A DNA stretch of 64,000 nt from an uncultured Muribaculaceae bacterium. GTDB taxonomy: Bacteria > Bacillota_I > Bacilli_A > RF39 > UBA660. The notes under the pieces were generated by a model. That model saw only the letters and a list, made by a program, of their open reading frames with translations, was not told the DNA's origin and searched no databases. Position 1 is the stretch's first letter, and each line of letters starts with the position of its first letter. The translations under genes were made by a program, and so were the position numbers. Below are positions 36,917 through 45,871 of this stretch, piece by piece. Location: contig CAZLKF010000006.1 of assembly GCA_964560085.1 (NCBI GenBank), forward strand, positions 13,398 to 77,397, read 5' to 3'.

Positions 36917-37990
36917 ATGGAATACGTAATTGTCGCATTATTAATTGTTTTAATAATTATAAGTGTTTTTTCATTAACAAAAAATATAAATGAATCTAAC
37001 ATTACTGAAAGACTTGGGAAATTAGAGACAAATACAATTAAAGAATTAGGTGATTTTAAAAACGATATTAACAAAAACATTAACGAAGACTTTACTAAAT
37101 TAAATGATCGTATTGAAGAGAGATTAAGAATCATTAATGATAAAGTAAATGAGAGACTAGATCAAAATTTTGAAAAAACTAATAAAACATTCAATTCAGT
37201 ATTAGAACGTTTGTCAAAAATTGATGAAGCTCAAAAGAAAATTGATTTATTATCAAATGATATAGTTTCACTACAATCAGTTTTAACAGATAAGAAATCA
37301 CGCGGAATTTTTGGTGAAGTGAATTTAAAGCATATATTAGTAAGTGTTTTTGGTGAAAATACTAGCCATATTTATCAAATGCAGTATTCTTTTAATAACG
37401 GTACAATTGCTGATTGTGTGTTATTTGCCCCTGAACCACTAGGTTTAATCGCTATTGATTCTAAATTTCCATTAGAAAATTATCAGAATATGGTAGATAA
37501 AAATAATAGTGAATTAATGCGTATCCAAGCTGAGAAAAACTTTAAAATTGATATGAAAAAGCACATTGATGCCATCAGTACAAAATACATTATTCCTGGC
37601 GTAACAACCGATCAAGCTATTCTTTTCTTACCAGCCGAAGCAATATTTGCTGAGTTGAATGCATATCATCAAGACTTAATCGATTATTCATATAAAAAAA
37701 AGGTATGGATTACAAGTCCAACAACTTTAATTAGCACATTAACAACTTTACAAATAATTATGAAAAATATTGAAAGAGATAAATATACAAAGGTCATTCA
37801 TCAAGAATTAAAACTATTAGATGTTGAATTTGGGCGCTATCGTGAAAGATGGGACAAATTGTCAAGAAGCATTGATACTGTATCTAAAGACGTTAAAGAG
37901 TTAAATACAACAACAGATAAAATAACAAAAAGATTTAATTCTATTAATCAAGTTGATGTTGATAAAATAGGAGTAGAAGAAAGAGAGTAA
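36917..37990 (+). CDS. rmuC: DNA recombination protein RmuC
   Basis: N-terminal TM, long coiled-coil, then SRGIFGEVNL...DCVLF...IAIDSKFPLE...ILFLPAEAIF, typical of RmuC. Start moved to 36917 behind aggtga. Confidence 0.82.
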   Translation: MEYVIVALLIVLIIISVFSLTKNINESNITERLGKLETNTIKELGDFKNDINKNINEDFTKLNDRIEERLRIINDKVNERLDQNFEKTNKTFNSVLERLSKIDEAQKKIDLLSNDIVSLQSVLTDKKSRGIFGEVNLKHILVSVFGENTSHIYQMQYSFNNGTIADCVLFAPEPLGLIAIDSKFPLENYQNMVDKNNSELMRIQAEKNFKIDMKKHIDAISTKYIIPGVTTDQAILFLPAEAIFAELNAYHQDLIDYSYKKKVWITSPTTLISTLTTLQIIMKNIERDKYTKVIHQELKLLDVEFGRYRERWDKLSRSIDTVSKDVKELNTTTDKITKRFNSINQVDVDKIGVEERE

Positions 37991-38328
37991 TGAATATGGA
38001 GATTGACAAGGATCAGCTAAAAAAATTGAAAAAATTTATGACTGACTATCCGCAAGAAGCAAAAAAACTTTTAAGAAATGATCCTCAATTATTTCAGGCA
38101 ATTAGTGAGTTGATGTACGACGATGAAGTTCCAGTGGTAAATTTCGGTTCAAATGGTGCTACAGGTAGAGAAATAACTGGAAATCGAAAAACATTAACAA
38201 AACCGGGAGTTCCAGATGGATTATATGTAAATAATGATAAAGGTTTTTCAAATTATTTATTACTAGCCATCCTTGCATTCGCAATTCAATTAGTTATAAC
38301 ACTTATATGTATTTTCTTTTATAAGTAG
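37990..38328 (+). CDS. Hypothetical tail-anchored membrane protein
   Basis: 112 aa with a C-terminal TM YLLLAILAFAIQLVITLICIFF. Start overlaps the rmuC stop. Confidence 0.5.
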   Translation: MNMEIDKDQLKKLKKFMTDYPQEAKKLLRNDPQLFQAISELMYDDEVPVVNFGSNGATGREITGNRKTLTKPGVPDGLYVNNDKGFSNYLLLAILAFAIQLVITLICIFFYK

Positions 38329-38454
38329 TATGTATTTGCAAAAATTAAAGCATATGTTTATACGCATAAACAGTATTATCATATAACAGATGAAGTGAGA
38401 TACAATATTGTTGATTAAGAGGCATAAATGGTAGTAATTGAAAGGACATCGAAA

Positions 38455-39246
38455 ATGAAGAAATTAATTGGAATATTGTTTATTATTTTTCCGTTATTTG
38501 TTGATGCTGAATATGTATTTGCAGCACGGTGTGAATATAAATATCCAGGTGAAGATTGTAAATTAATTGTGCATCAAGAAGAAAATGAGGGCATCTCTCC
38601 GGAAATAGAAGGCACATCTATTAATTGCACTCCAGTTGGTTCAGTATATATGTTTAATGATTTTTCATTTTATTCAACAATTTTTTATGACAATAATGGA
38701 AATTTTAAGTGTCCTACCCTTATGGCTACTACAAGAGTAACCGCTGGTCGCACTAATGCAACCTTACTTAGTGATGGAGTAGGTGCTACTCTTTGCCCAA
38801 GAGGTTGTCCACAAGTTGCTGGAGAACTAAAACAAGATGATCCTCCACCAACTCCTGATAAGCCCATCACCCCACCAGATCCATATAAGGGCGTCGAAAA
38901 ATGTGAAAAGGGAACAACTGATGAAATAAACTATATTGTCGCGTGTGGGTGTATTCCTGCAAACGTAGCAGATATTACAAGTAAGGTCTATTATATTCTT
39001 AGAGTAATAGGTCCAATTCTTTTAATTATAGTTGGTGGAGTTGAAATGGCTAAGGCAGTAGGAACCCAAGATGAAAGCGCAATTGAAAAAGCTAAAAAGA
39101 AGCTTGTCAATAAAGCAATTGCAGCAGCTGCTATATTTTTAGTATTTACATTAATAAAGTTAGGAATCAGTATCGTCCGCGATCAAAGTCAAACAGTAGA
39201 ACTTTATGAATGCCTTGAATATTTGTTGAATGGCTATAAAATTTAA
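38455..39246 (+). CDS. Exported protein: variable Cys-containing ectodomain, Pro-rich linker, conserved VirB2/TrbC-like two-TM C-terminal domain (paralogue A)
   Basis: Signal peptide MKKLIGILFIIFPLFVDA. Linker DDPPPTPDKPITPPDP. C-terminal VIGPILLIIVGGVEMAKAV - charged loop - AIAAAAIFLVFTLIKLGISIV. About 90% aa identity to the C-terminus of 41918..42709. Confidence 0.6.
   Translation: MKKLIGILFIIFPLFVDAEYVFAARCEYKYPGEDCKLIVHQEENEGISPEIEGTSINCTPVGSVYMFNDFSFYSTIFYDNNGNFKCPTLMATTRVTAGRTNATLLSDGVGATLCPRGCPQVAGELKQDDPPPTPDKPITPPDPYKGVEKCEKGTTDEINYIVACGCIPANVADITSKVYYILRVIGPILLIIVGGVEMAKAVGTQDESAIEKAKKKLVNKAIAAAAIFLVFTLIKLGISIVRDQSQTVELYECLEYLLNGYKI
38875..39246 (+). repeat. 372-nt diverged direct repeat, copy 1 (3' coding part of paralogue A)
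   Basis: Aligns without gaps to 42338..42709. Most differences are at third codon positions. Confidence 0.85.
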
Positions 39247-39287
39247 AGAAGGTTAGACATTAATCAATGTACAACTTTCTTTTTTTT
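39245..39287 (+). terminator. Rho-independent terminator after paralogue A
   Basis: Stem aaagaaggtt/aactttcttt (one G-U pair), 18-nt loop, T8 run. Overlaps the ORF-track N-terminal extension of rnr. Confidence 0.6.
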
Positions 39288-39344
39288 GTAAAATCACTAG
39301 GAAATCAGTTAAAAATAAATTATAATATTATAGAAGGTGAAAAT

Positions 39345-41456
39345 ATGAAGGAGCAAATTATCAATTTATTAAAAAAGCAAAAGTATGCATTATCTACTCA
39401 AGAAATATACGATGTGTTAAATTTAGATAGTGTGGAAGAATTAAAAAGTTTAATTAAAGAACTTGATCAATTAGAAAAAGATTTATTAATTTATCGCACA
39501 AAAAAAGATAATTATATGCTTTTTCAAGAAAGTCATTTAAAGGCTGGAAAATTCATAAGCAATAAAAATGGTTATGGTTTTGTTGACATCAATGAAACTG
39601 AAGATATATATATATCAAAAACTAATACTAATAAAGCAATTCATGGCGATACAGTATTTGTTGAAGTAATTAATGAAACAGCTGGTAAAAGAGAAGGAAA
39701 GATTGTTAAAATCGTTGATAGATCAGCTAAGGAATTAGTTGGAGAATACAATGTTGTTGAAAACAATGGAATTGTAACTCCAGATGATGATCATTATAAA
39801 TTTAAAATTGCGGTTAGTTTTGAAAATAGTATGGGTGCAATTGATGGACATAAAGTATTAGTAAAAATATTAAACCGTAAATCAGAAAATTTATATAGTG
39901 GAGAGATTGTACGTGTTATTGGTCATAAAAATGACCCAGGGATTGATGTTTTGTCGATTGCATGTAAATATAACCTTGCAGATGAATTTTCATCAGAAAT
40001 AGAGAAAGAATTAGAAAATATTCCATATGAAGTTGATGAAAAAGAAAAAAAGAATCGTCGCGATTTAAGAGAAAAAAAGATTTTCACAATAGATGGAGCT
40101 GATACTAAAGATATCGATGATGCCATATCTCTAGATGTTCTGGATAATGGTAATTATTTACTAGGTGTTCATATTGCTGATGTTAGCCATTATGTAAGTG
40201 AAGCAAGTGCAATTGGCTTAGAAGCAGAGGATCGCGGAACAAGTGTCTACTTAGGTGGCAGAGTAATACCAATGTTGCCTCAAAAGCTATCAAATGGTAT
40301 TTGTTCACTTAACCCTAATACTGATCGTTTAACTATATCATGTGATATGGAAATTGATCTTAGTGGAAATATTGTTAAATCAGACATTTATTTGAGTCTT
40401 ATTAATTCAAAAAAACAAATGACTTATCATGATGTTAATAAAATTTTAACAGAGAATGTTATTCCAGCTGGATATGAAGAATTCAGTGAAACTTTAATCA
40501 AAATGAATGAGTTAGCTCATCTATTAAGAAAAAATAAAGAATCAAGAGGATATATTGATTTTGACATTGAAGAAGCAAAAATTGAGATCGATGAACGTGG
40601 TGAAGCAATTGATATAAAACCGCGAGTTCGTGGTGAAGGTGAAAAATTAATTGAAGACTTTATGATTGCTGCTAATGAAGCGGTTGCTTCAACAATTTAT
40701 TACATGGATTTGCCTTTCTTATATCGTGTTCACGGCACACCATCAGAAGAAAAAATAATGAATTTCACTAAGTTTATTGGAATTCTTGGCTATAAAATTA
40801 ACGGGAAAATTAAGAATATAACACCAAAAACTATTCAGAGAATTTTGGAATCATTAGAAGATAAACCAGAATATGGTATATTGTCACAATTATTGCTTAG
40901 AAGTATGCAGAAAGCCATTTATGATAAGAATAATATTGGACATTTTGGCATAGCAAGTAAGTGTTATACTCATTTTACATCGCCAATCAGAAGATTTCCA
41001 GATTTAACAGTTCATCGCTTATTAAAGACATACTTGTTTGAACAAAAATTAGATGTTAATACTATTGAACGCGTTGAAACAAGATTAGATATAATTGGAC
41101 CACATTCATCTAAAAAAGAGCGAGATGCTTTTGAGTGCGAATGTGAAGTTGATGATATGAAAATGGCTGAATATATGGCAAAACACATTGGTGAAGAGTA
41201 TAATGGTATTGTGAGTGAAGTTTTAAACTTTGGAATGTTTATTCAACTTGATAATTTGGTTGATGGTTTAGTCAGAATAGATAGTTTAAATGAGAGATAC
41301 ATTTTTGATGAAGAAACTTTCACAATTAGAAGCAAGCATGACAAAAGAGGCTATCGTTTAGGTGATAAAGTAAAAATCAAAGTGATTGCAGCTGATAAAA
41401 CAACTCATAAAATTGATTTCGAAATGGTGGAAAAATTAAATGATAGAAATAAATAA
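39345..41456 (+). CDS. rnr: Ribonuclease R
   Basis: RNB-domain motifs IDGADTKDIDDAIS and HIADVSHYV. C-terminal S1 domain (YNGIVSEVLNFGMFIQL). Start at 39345 behind gaaggtga. Confidence 0.92.
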   Translation: MKEQIINLLKKQKYALSTQEIYDVLNLDSVEELKSLIKELDQLEKDLLIYRTKKDNYMLFQESHLKAGKFISNKNGYGFVDINETEDIYISKTNTNKAIHGDTVFVEVINETAGKREGKIVKIVDRSAKELVGEYNVVENNGIVTPDDDHYKFKIAVSFENSMGAIDGHKVLVKILNRKSENLYSGEIVRVIGHKNDPGIDVLSIACKYNLADEFSSEIEKELENIPYEVDEKEKKNRRDLREKKIFTIDGADTKDIDDAISLDVLDNGNYLLGVHIADVSHYVSEASAIGLEAEDRGTSVYLGGRVIPMLPQKLSNGICSLNPNTDRLTISCDMEIDLSGNIVKSDIYLSLINSKKQMTYHDVNKILTENVIPAGYEEFSETLIKMNELAHLLRKNKESRGYIDFDIEEAKIEIDERGEAIDIKPRVRGEGEKLIEDFMIAANEAVASTIYYMDLPFLYRVHGTPSEEKIMNFTKFIGILGYKINGKIKNITPKTIQRILESLEDKPEYGILSQLLLRSMQKAIYDKNNIGHFGIASKCYTHFTSPIRRFPDLTVHRLLKTYLFEQKLDVNTIERVETRLDIIGPHSSKKERDAFECECEVDDMKMAEYMAKHIGEEYNGIVSEVLNFGMFIQLDNLVDGLVRIDSLNERYIFDEETFTIRSKHDKRGYRLGDKVKIKVIAADKTTHKIDFEMVEKLNDRNK

Positions 41457-41886
41457 TAGACAAGCAAAGTTTAATTATGAGATTTTAGAAACATATGAAG
41501 CTGGAATTGTTTTAACAGGAACAGAAATTAAATCCTTGAAAAATGGGAATGCTAATATTAAAGATAGCTATGCCATTATTAAGGAACAAGAAATATATTT
41601 GCTTAATATGCATATTAGTCATTATGAAGAAGGCAATATTTTCAATCATGATGAAACAAGAACGAGAAAGTTATTATTGCACAAAAATGAAATCTTAAAG
41701 TTAAAAAATAAGATAGACTTGAATGGATTTACTATAATACCTTTAAAAATTTATTTTGTAAAAAGACACGCCAAAGTATTAATTGGTTTGGCAAAAGGCA
41801 AAAAATTATATGACAAACGTGAAGATATCAAAAAGAAAGATATTGAGCGCGAAATAAGAAAAGATTTTAAAGAAAGATTAAAATAA
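41440..41886 (+). CDS. smpB: SsrA-binding protein SmpB
   Basis: NRQAKFNYEILETYEAGIVLTGTEIKSLKNG...HISHYE...RTRKLLLHK is typical of SmpB. 17-nt overlap with rnr. Confidence 0.92.
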   Translation: MIEINNRQAKFNYEILETYEAGIVLTGTEIKSLKNGNANIKDSYAIIKEQEIYLLNMHISHYEEGNIFNHDETRTRKLLLHKNEILKLKNKIDLNGFTIIPLKIYFVKRHAKVLIGLAKGKKLYDKREDIKKKDIEREIRKDFKERLK

Positions 41887-41917
41887 AAAATTCTAATAAT
41901 ACTGAAAGGATTTAGAT

Positions 41918-42709
41918 GTGACAAAAATGGTTAGTTATGCAATGGACAATTTGAAAAAAAGATTATACATGATGATATTTGTACTATTATTAAGTTTTTT
42001 TTCGTGTATAACTATGGCAAAAGGAGAAACATATTATCGTTATTATTATGAAGGCGATAATGTGATAGTGACTTCCGAAACTTTATCAGCAAATGTATCA
42101 GTATATGAAACAGGAACCAATTTATGCAAAATAGGTGACTATTACATTCTTAATCAATCTTACGTAGATGAGTGTCCCGAATATATAAGCTATTGGAATA
42201 ATGGTAATTATGAATATTTTGTTGTTAAATTAGAAACCGCAAAAAATGCTTCAGATGACTATGGAGCATTTTATTGCCTTTCTTCTGTATGCAATCCTAC
42301 TAATAATAATCCTGGTACGGATACTCCTATTATTTCGCCAGATCCATATAAAGGTGTGGAAAAATGTGAAAAAGGTGTAACTGATGAGATAAATTACATT
42401 GTGGCGTGTGGGTGTATTCCAGCAAACATAGCTGATATTATGAGTAGAGTTTATTATATCTTGAGGGTAGTAGGACCAATTCTTTTAATCATAGTTGGTG
42501 GAATTGAAATGGCAAAAGCAGTAGCAACTCAAGATGAAAGTTCTATCGAAAAAGCCAAGAAAAAACTTGTTAATAAAGCAATTGCAGCAGCTGCCATATT
42601 TGTAGTATTTACAATAATAAAGCTAGGCGTTAGTATTGTTCGTGATCAAAGTCAAACAGTAGAACTATATGAGTGCCTTGAGTATTTATTAAATGGTTAT
42701 AATATTTAA
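41918..42709 (+). CDS. Paralogue B of the exported protein with VirB2/TrbC-like C-terminal domain
   Basis: Signal/anchor LYMMIFVLLLSFFSCITMA. Unrelated N-terminal ectodomain. C-terminal 123 aa differ from paralogue A at about 12 positions. GTG start 7 nt after aaagga (uncertain). Confidence 0.6.
   Translation: MTKMVSYAMDNLKKRLYMMIFVLLLSFFSCITMAKGETYYRYYYEGDNVIVTSETLSANVSVYETGTNLCKIGDYYILNQSYVDECPEYISYWNNGNYEYFVVKLETAKNASDDYGAFYCLSSVCNPTNNNPGTDTPIISPDPYKGVEKCEKGVTDEINYIVACGCIPANIADIMSRVYYILRVVGPILLIIVGGIEMAKAVATQDESSIEKAKKKLVNKAIAAAAIFVVFTIIKLGVSIVRDQSQTVELYECLEYLLNGYNI
42338..42709 (+). repeat. 372-nt diverged direct repeat, copy 2 (3' coding part of paralogue B)
   Basis: See copy 1. The two copies bracket rnr-smpB. 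Confidence 0.85.
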
Positions 42710-42730
42710 GAAAGCTTAGCTTTCTTTTTT
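42708..42730. terminator. Bidirectional terminator between convergent genes
   Basis: Hairpin aagaaagc-tta-gctttctt followed by tttt. Overlaps the last codons of the minus-strand FtsW-like gene. Confidence 0.55.
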
Positions 42731-43768
42731 ACTGATGTTTCTGATAATTGCCAGCATAATTGTATAACTAAGTAAACTTGAACCTCCATAACTGATAAAA
42801 GGCAAAGTAATTCCTGTTATGGGAACTAAACCAAGAGTCATTCCTATATTTTGAAATTGCTGATACAAAAGAATGGAGAAAAACCCAATGATTATTAATT
42901 TATCCCGAGTGTTTTTAGTTTTAGTAGCAATATTTAGTAAATATAAATCAAAGCATATGAAGATGATTAATAGAAAAACACTCAAAATAAACCCAAAAGA
43001 AGAAGCAAAAGAAGCAAATATGAAATCAGTATGCGCCTCAGGATAGTAAACATTAATGTCATTAAAATTAATGTTAATTCCTGTTGATCCCATAGCGGTT
43101 AAAGCATTATTTAATTGATATCCCGTCTGATTTTGCCAATTGATTAACCTTTCTATTCTTAAAAACATAGAATCACCAAAAATTTTAATCATTAATTCTT
43201 GATTCTGATAATATAATAAAAAGATGAAACTTATAATTAATCCAATTGCAAACCCACTTATAATAATGTACTTATACTTTGAGGAATAGCAAAAAAGTAT
43301 CCCTAAAACACTAATAGTATATATAATTACTAATCCGGTATCAGGTTGCAGAAAAGTAAGAATGGCGGGAATTAGCAAGATTAAAAAAACTTTGAAAAAT
43401 TTATTATTGCTTTTACTTAAAACATTAGCTATAAAAATAACAATAATTATTTTTACAAATTCACTTGGCTGAATTGTACCGAAAAAAGGTATATTAAACC
43501 AGCACCTTGCGTTGTTTATAGGAGTAGCAAGCAGTAAGAGCCCAATTAAAGAAACAACGCCTATAATGTATAATAATACTATATTCTTATTTATAATATC
43601 ATTACTTTTAAACTTAAAAAAAATTAAAAAACATAATAAATACATAATTATTTGTTTAATATATATATTTTTTAAATGTTCTGGTAAAATTGACTTTGCA
43701 GAATAAATAGTAATAATACTTATGATAAAAAATATAAGCAAATAGATTAACATTTTTTTATTCCGCAT
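42716..43768 (-). CDS. FtsW/RodA/SpoVE-family (SEDS) peptidoglycan polymerase
   Basis: 10-TM protein with QPSEF, HTDFIF and LPFISYGGSS motifs characteristic of SEDS proteins. Confidence 0.88.
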   Translation of the reverse strand: MRNKKMLIYLLIFFIISIITIYSAKSILPEHLKNIYIKQIIMYLLCFLIFFKFKSNDIINKNIVLLYIIGVVSLIGLLLLATPINNARCWFNIPFFGTIQPSEFVKIIIVIFIANVLSKSNNKFFKVFLILLIPAILTFLQPDTGLVIIYTISVLGILFCYSSKYKYIIISGFAIGLIISFIFLLYYQNQELMIKIFGDSMFLRIERLINWQNQTGYQLNNALTAMGSTGININFNDINVYYPEAHTDFIFASFASSFGFILSVFLLIIFICFDLYLLNIATKTKNTRDKLIIIGFFSILLYQQFQNIGMTLGLVPITGITLPFISYGGSSLLSYTIMLAIIRNISKKES

Positions 43769-43859
43769 AATATCACCATTATTATAATGGTTGAATCGAA
43801 AAAAAATAATAAAGTTTTCAAAAGAAAAAATTTATAGTATAATTAATACGGAGGAATTT

Positions 43860-44174
43860 ATGGAATATATATATTATTTAATAATAATTGTTGTTTTGTT
43901 GTTAATTGCTTTTGCAATCACAAATTCTAAACGAAAAGACTTTAAAATGGAAGCAAATAAATTAGTTGAATATCTTGGAGGTAAAAATAACATTATAAAA
44001 TACGAATGTAATTTATCAAGATTCATTGTTGAAGTTAAAGACATTACAATTGTTAATAAAGATTCAATTCAAAAAATGGGTGCTAAAGGAATAGTAGAAA
44101 TCGATAATCAATTAAAAATAATTTTTGGAGAAGATGCTATTCAATTAAAGAAATATATAGATGAGTTAAAGTGA
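43860..44174 (+). CDS. Membrane-anchored PTS EIIB-like domain protein
   Basis: RBS ggagga then the ATG at 43860. N-terminal TM, then LVEYLGGKNNIIKYECNLSRFIVEVKD resembling the glucose-family EIIB signature (L.GG..NI.....C.TRLR....D). Confidence 0.5.
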   Translation: MEYIYYLIIIVVLLLIAFAITNSKRKDFKMEANKLVEYLGGKNNIIKYECNLSRFIVEVKDITIVNKDSIQKMGAKGIVEIDNQLKIIFGEDAIQLKKYIDELK

Positions 44175-44188
44175 TTTAACTCATTTTT
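44161..44188 (+). terminator. Rho-independent terminator
   Basis: 10-bp stem atgagttaaa/tttaactcat, loop gtga, then tttt. Confidence 0.7.
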
Positions 44189-44241
44189 CGACAAAACTAG
44201 ACATATGATAATTGTATTATTATGTCGAGAGGAGCCGAAAA

Positions 44242-45492
44242 ATGGATTTTTTTGAACTAACTATTTGCAATTGCATTGCTGTAACATTTCCAATTTTAAT
44301 ATATTTTATCTATCTTATTTATAATTACCAGTTCGATAAAAAAGCCAATGATATAATTTTAGATATCTGTTTAATTACATCATACTATTTATGCTTTAAA
44401 ATTCAATCTGATTCCCTAGTGAATTTTCCATATTTTATAATATCATTACCACTCCTAATTGCTTATTTAAAAGATAAGCAATCAGCAATTATTCTACTTT
44501 CTTTTTTTCCAACTTTGTATTTTTATTTAACATATAATGAAGGATTAGTTATATTTTTTGTTGAGAAGATAATTCTCTATATTTTATACAAGATAATAAA
44601 AGATAAAAGCAAATTTACTATTTCCTTTTTAATTGTAAGAGCAAGTAGTGTTATGATTTTTTTTAGATTTGTAGCACTTAAAGAATTTAGCACAGTCTAC
44701 GTTTTGAAATATATTCTTGTCCTAGTAATTGGTGTAGCTATCACATATATTATCATTGCTATTTTTAAGAAAAATGACAAAATAATGAAATTGTATATGG
44801 ATTTTAATGATTTAAAAAAGGAAAAGCAAATAAAGGAATCTTTATTTAAAATAACGCATGAAATAAAAAATCCCATTGCAGTATGCAAAGGATATTTAGA
44901 TATGTATGATGTTGAAAATATAGACCATAGTAAAAAGTATATTCCAATAATTAAAAGTGAGATTGAAAGAACTTTAGTACTTTTACAAGATTTTCTGTGT
45001 TTAAGAAAATTAAAAATAGATAAAGATATAATGGACTTGACAATTCTCTTGGAAGAGACACTAGATGAAATAACCTTATATGAAGAAATAAAAAAAGTAA
45101 GTTATATCAAAAAATATAATGTAGATGATGAAATATTAATAGAAGGGGATTATAATCGTTTAAAACAAGTTTTAGTTAATATTATTAAAAATAGTATTGA
45201 AGCTTTAGAGGATAATAAAGGAATTATTATTGTAAAAATGCAAGTTAAGAAAAACATTGTTAATTTATCAATTATCGATAACGGGTTGGGAATGTCACAA
45301 GAAATGCTTAATAAAATTAAAGAACCTTTTTTCACAACAAAAATAAAAGGAACAGGATTAGGTGTCCCTTTATCTTATGAGATTATTGAATCGCATGGCT
45401 TTACAATTGATTATACTTCAAAATTATATGAGGGAACAACGGTGTCAATAACCATGCCAACCTATAAAAAAAGCAAGATTAATTCGCGATAA
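44242..45492 (+). CDS. Orphan sensor histidine kinase with polytopic N-terminal sensor domain
   Basis: 5-6 TMs. H-box ITHEIKNPIAV, N-box VNIIKNSIEA, G1 DNGLGM, G2 GTGLGV. No response regulator is adjacent. Confidence 0.85.
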   Translation: MDFFELTICNCIAVTFPILIYFIYLIYNYQFDKKANDIILDICLITSYYLCFKIQSDSLVNFPYFIISLPLLIAYLKDKQSAIILLSFFPTLYFYLTYNEGLVIFFVEKIILYILYKIIKDKSKFTISFLIVRASSVMIFFRFVALKEFSTVYVLKYILVLVIGVAITYIIIAIFKKNDKIMKLYMDFNDLKKEKQIKESLFKITHEIKNPIAVCKGYLDMYDVENIDHSKKYIPIIKSEIERTLVLLQDFLCLRKLKIDKDIMDLTILLEETLDEITLYEEIKKVSYIKKYNVDDEILIEGDYNRLKQVLVNIIKNSIEALEDNKGIIIVKMQVKKNIVNLSIIDNGLGMSQEMLNKIKEPFFTTKIKGTGLGVPLSYEIIESHGFTIDYTSKLYEGTTVSITMPTYKKSKINSR

Positions 45493-45505
45493 TCTTACTT
45501 TTTTT
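45475..45505 (+). terminator. Weak AT-rich terminator after the kinase gene
   Basis: Stem aagatta/taatctt, 8-nt loop, then acttttttt. Confidence 0.35.
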
Positions 45506-45767
45506 ATTCCATTGTATTAACTTTTTTAGTTAATCTTGATTTATTACGAGCAACATAATTTTTGCTGGCGACACCTTTTTTGGCTGCTTTGTCAATCTTT
45601 TTAATAGCTACATTTAAACTACTTTTAGCTTTTTCACTATCTTTTGCTGCAACTGCTTTTTCAACTTTTTTCATAGCATTCTTCATAGCTGCTTCGTAAT
45701 CATTGTTGCTTTCACTTTTTTTGGCAATTATTTTTACTTTCTTCTTTGCATTTTTCATATTAGGCAT
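45504..45767 (-). CDS. rpsT: 30S ribosomal protein S20
   Basis: 87 aa, very basic. MPNMKNAKKKVK... with Ala/Lys-rich helices typical of S20. Lies next to gpr as in Bacillus. Confidence 0.9.
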   Translation of the reverse strand: MPNMKNAKKKVKIIAKKSESNNDYEAAMKNAMKKVEKAVAAKDSEKAKSSLNVAIKKIDKAAKKGVASKNYVARNKSRLTKKVNTME

Positions 45768-45871
45768 ACTTTAGTTCACCTCCAAGTCATTTCTTTCATA
45801 TTTTAGCATACTTATTTTAAAAAAGCAAATAAAAACAATGAAATTGTCAATTATAATTAAAGGTGATATTA

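Noticed and set aside
39267-39344. ORF-track N-terminal extension of rnr (MYNFLFFVKSLGNQ...)
   Set aside because: The extension overlaps the terminator hairpin and T-run of the upstream gene. The ATG at 39345 has a proper gaaggtga RBS and gives a typical RNase R N-terminus.
38875-42709. The 372-nt direct repeats as IS ends or att sites of an element carrying rnr-smpB
   Set aside because: Both repeats are in-frame coding 3' halves of intact paralogous genes with mostly synonymous divergence. There are no terminal inverted repeats or recombinase, and the intervening genes are core.
45781-45871. Forespore (sigma F/G) promoter upstream of gpr
   Set aside because: A -10-like catactta is present at 45807-45814, but I could not find a convincing GHATR-type -35 at the right spacing. 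This is too weak to annotate.
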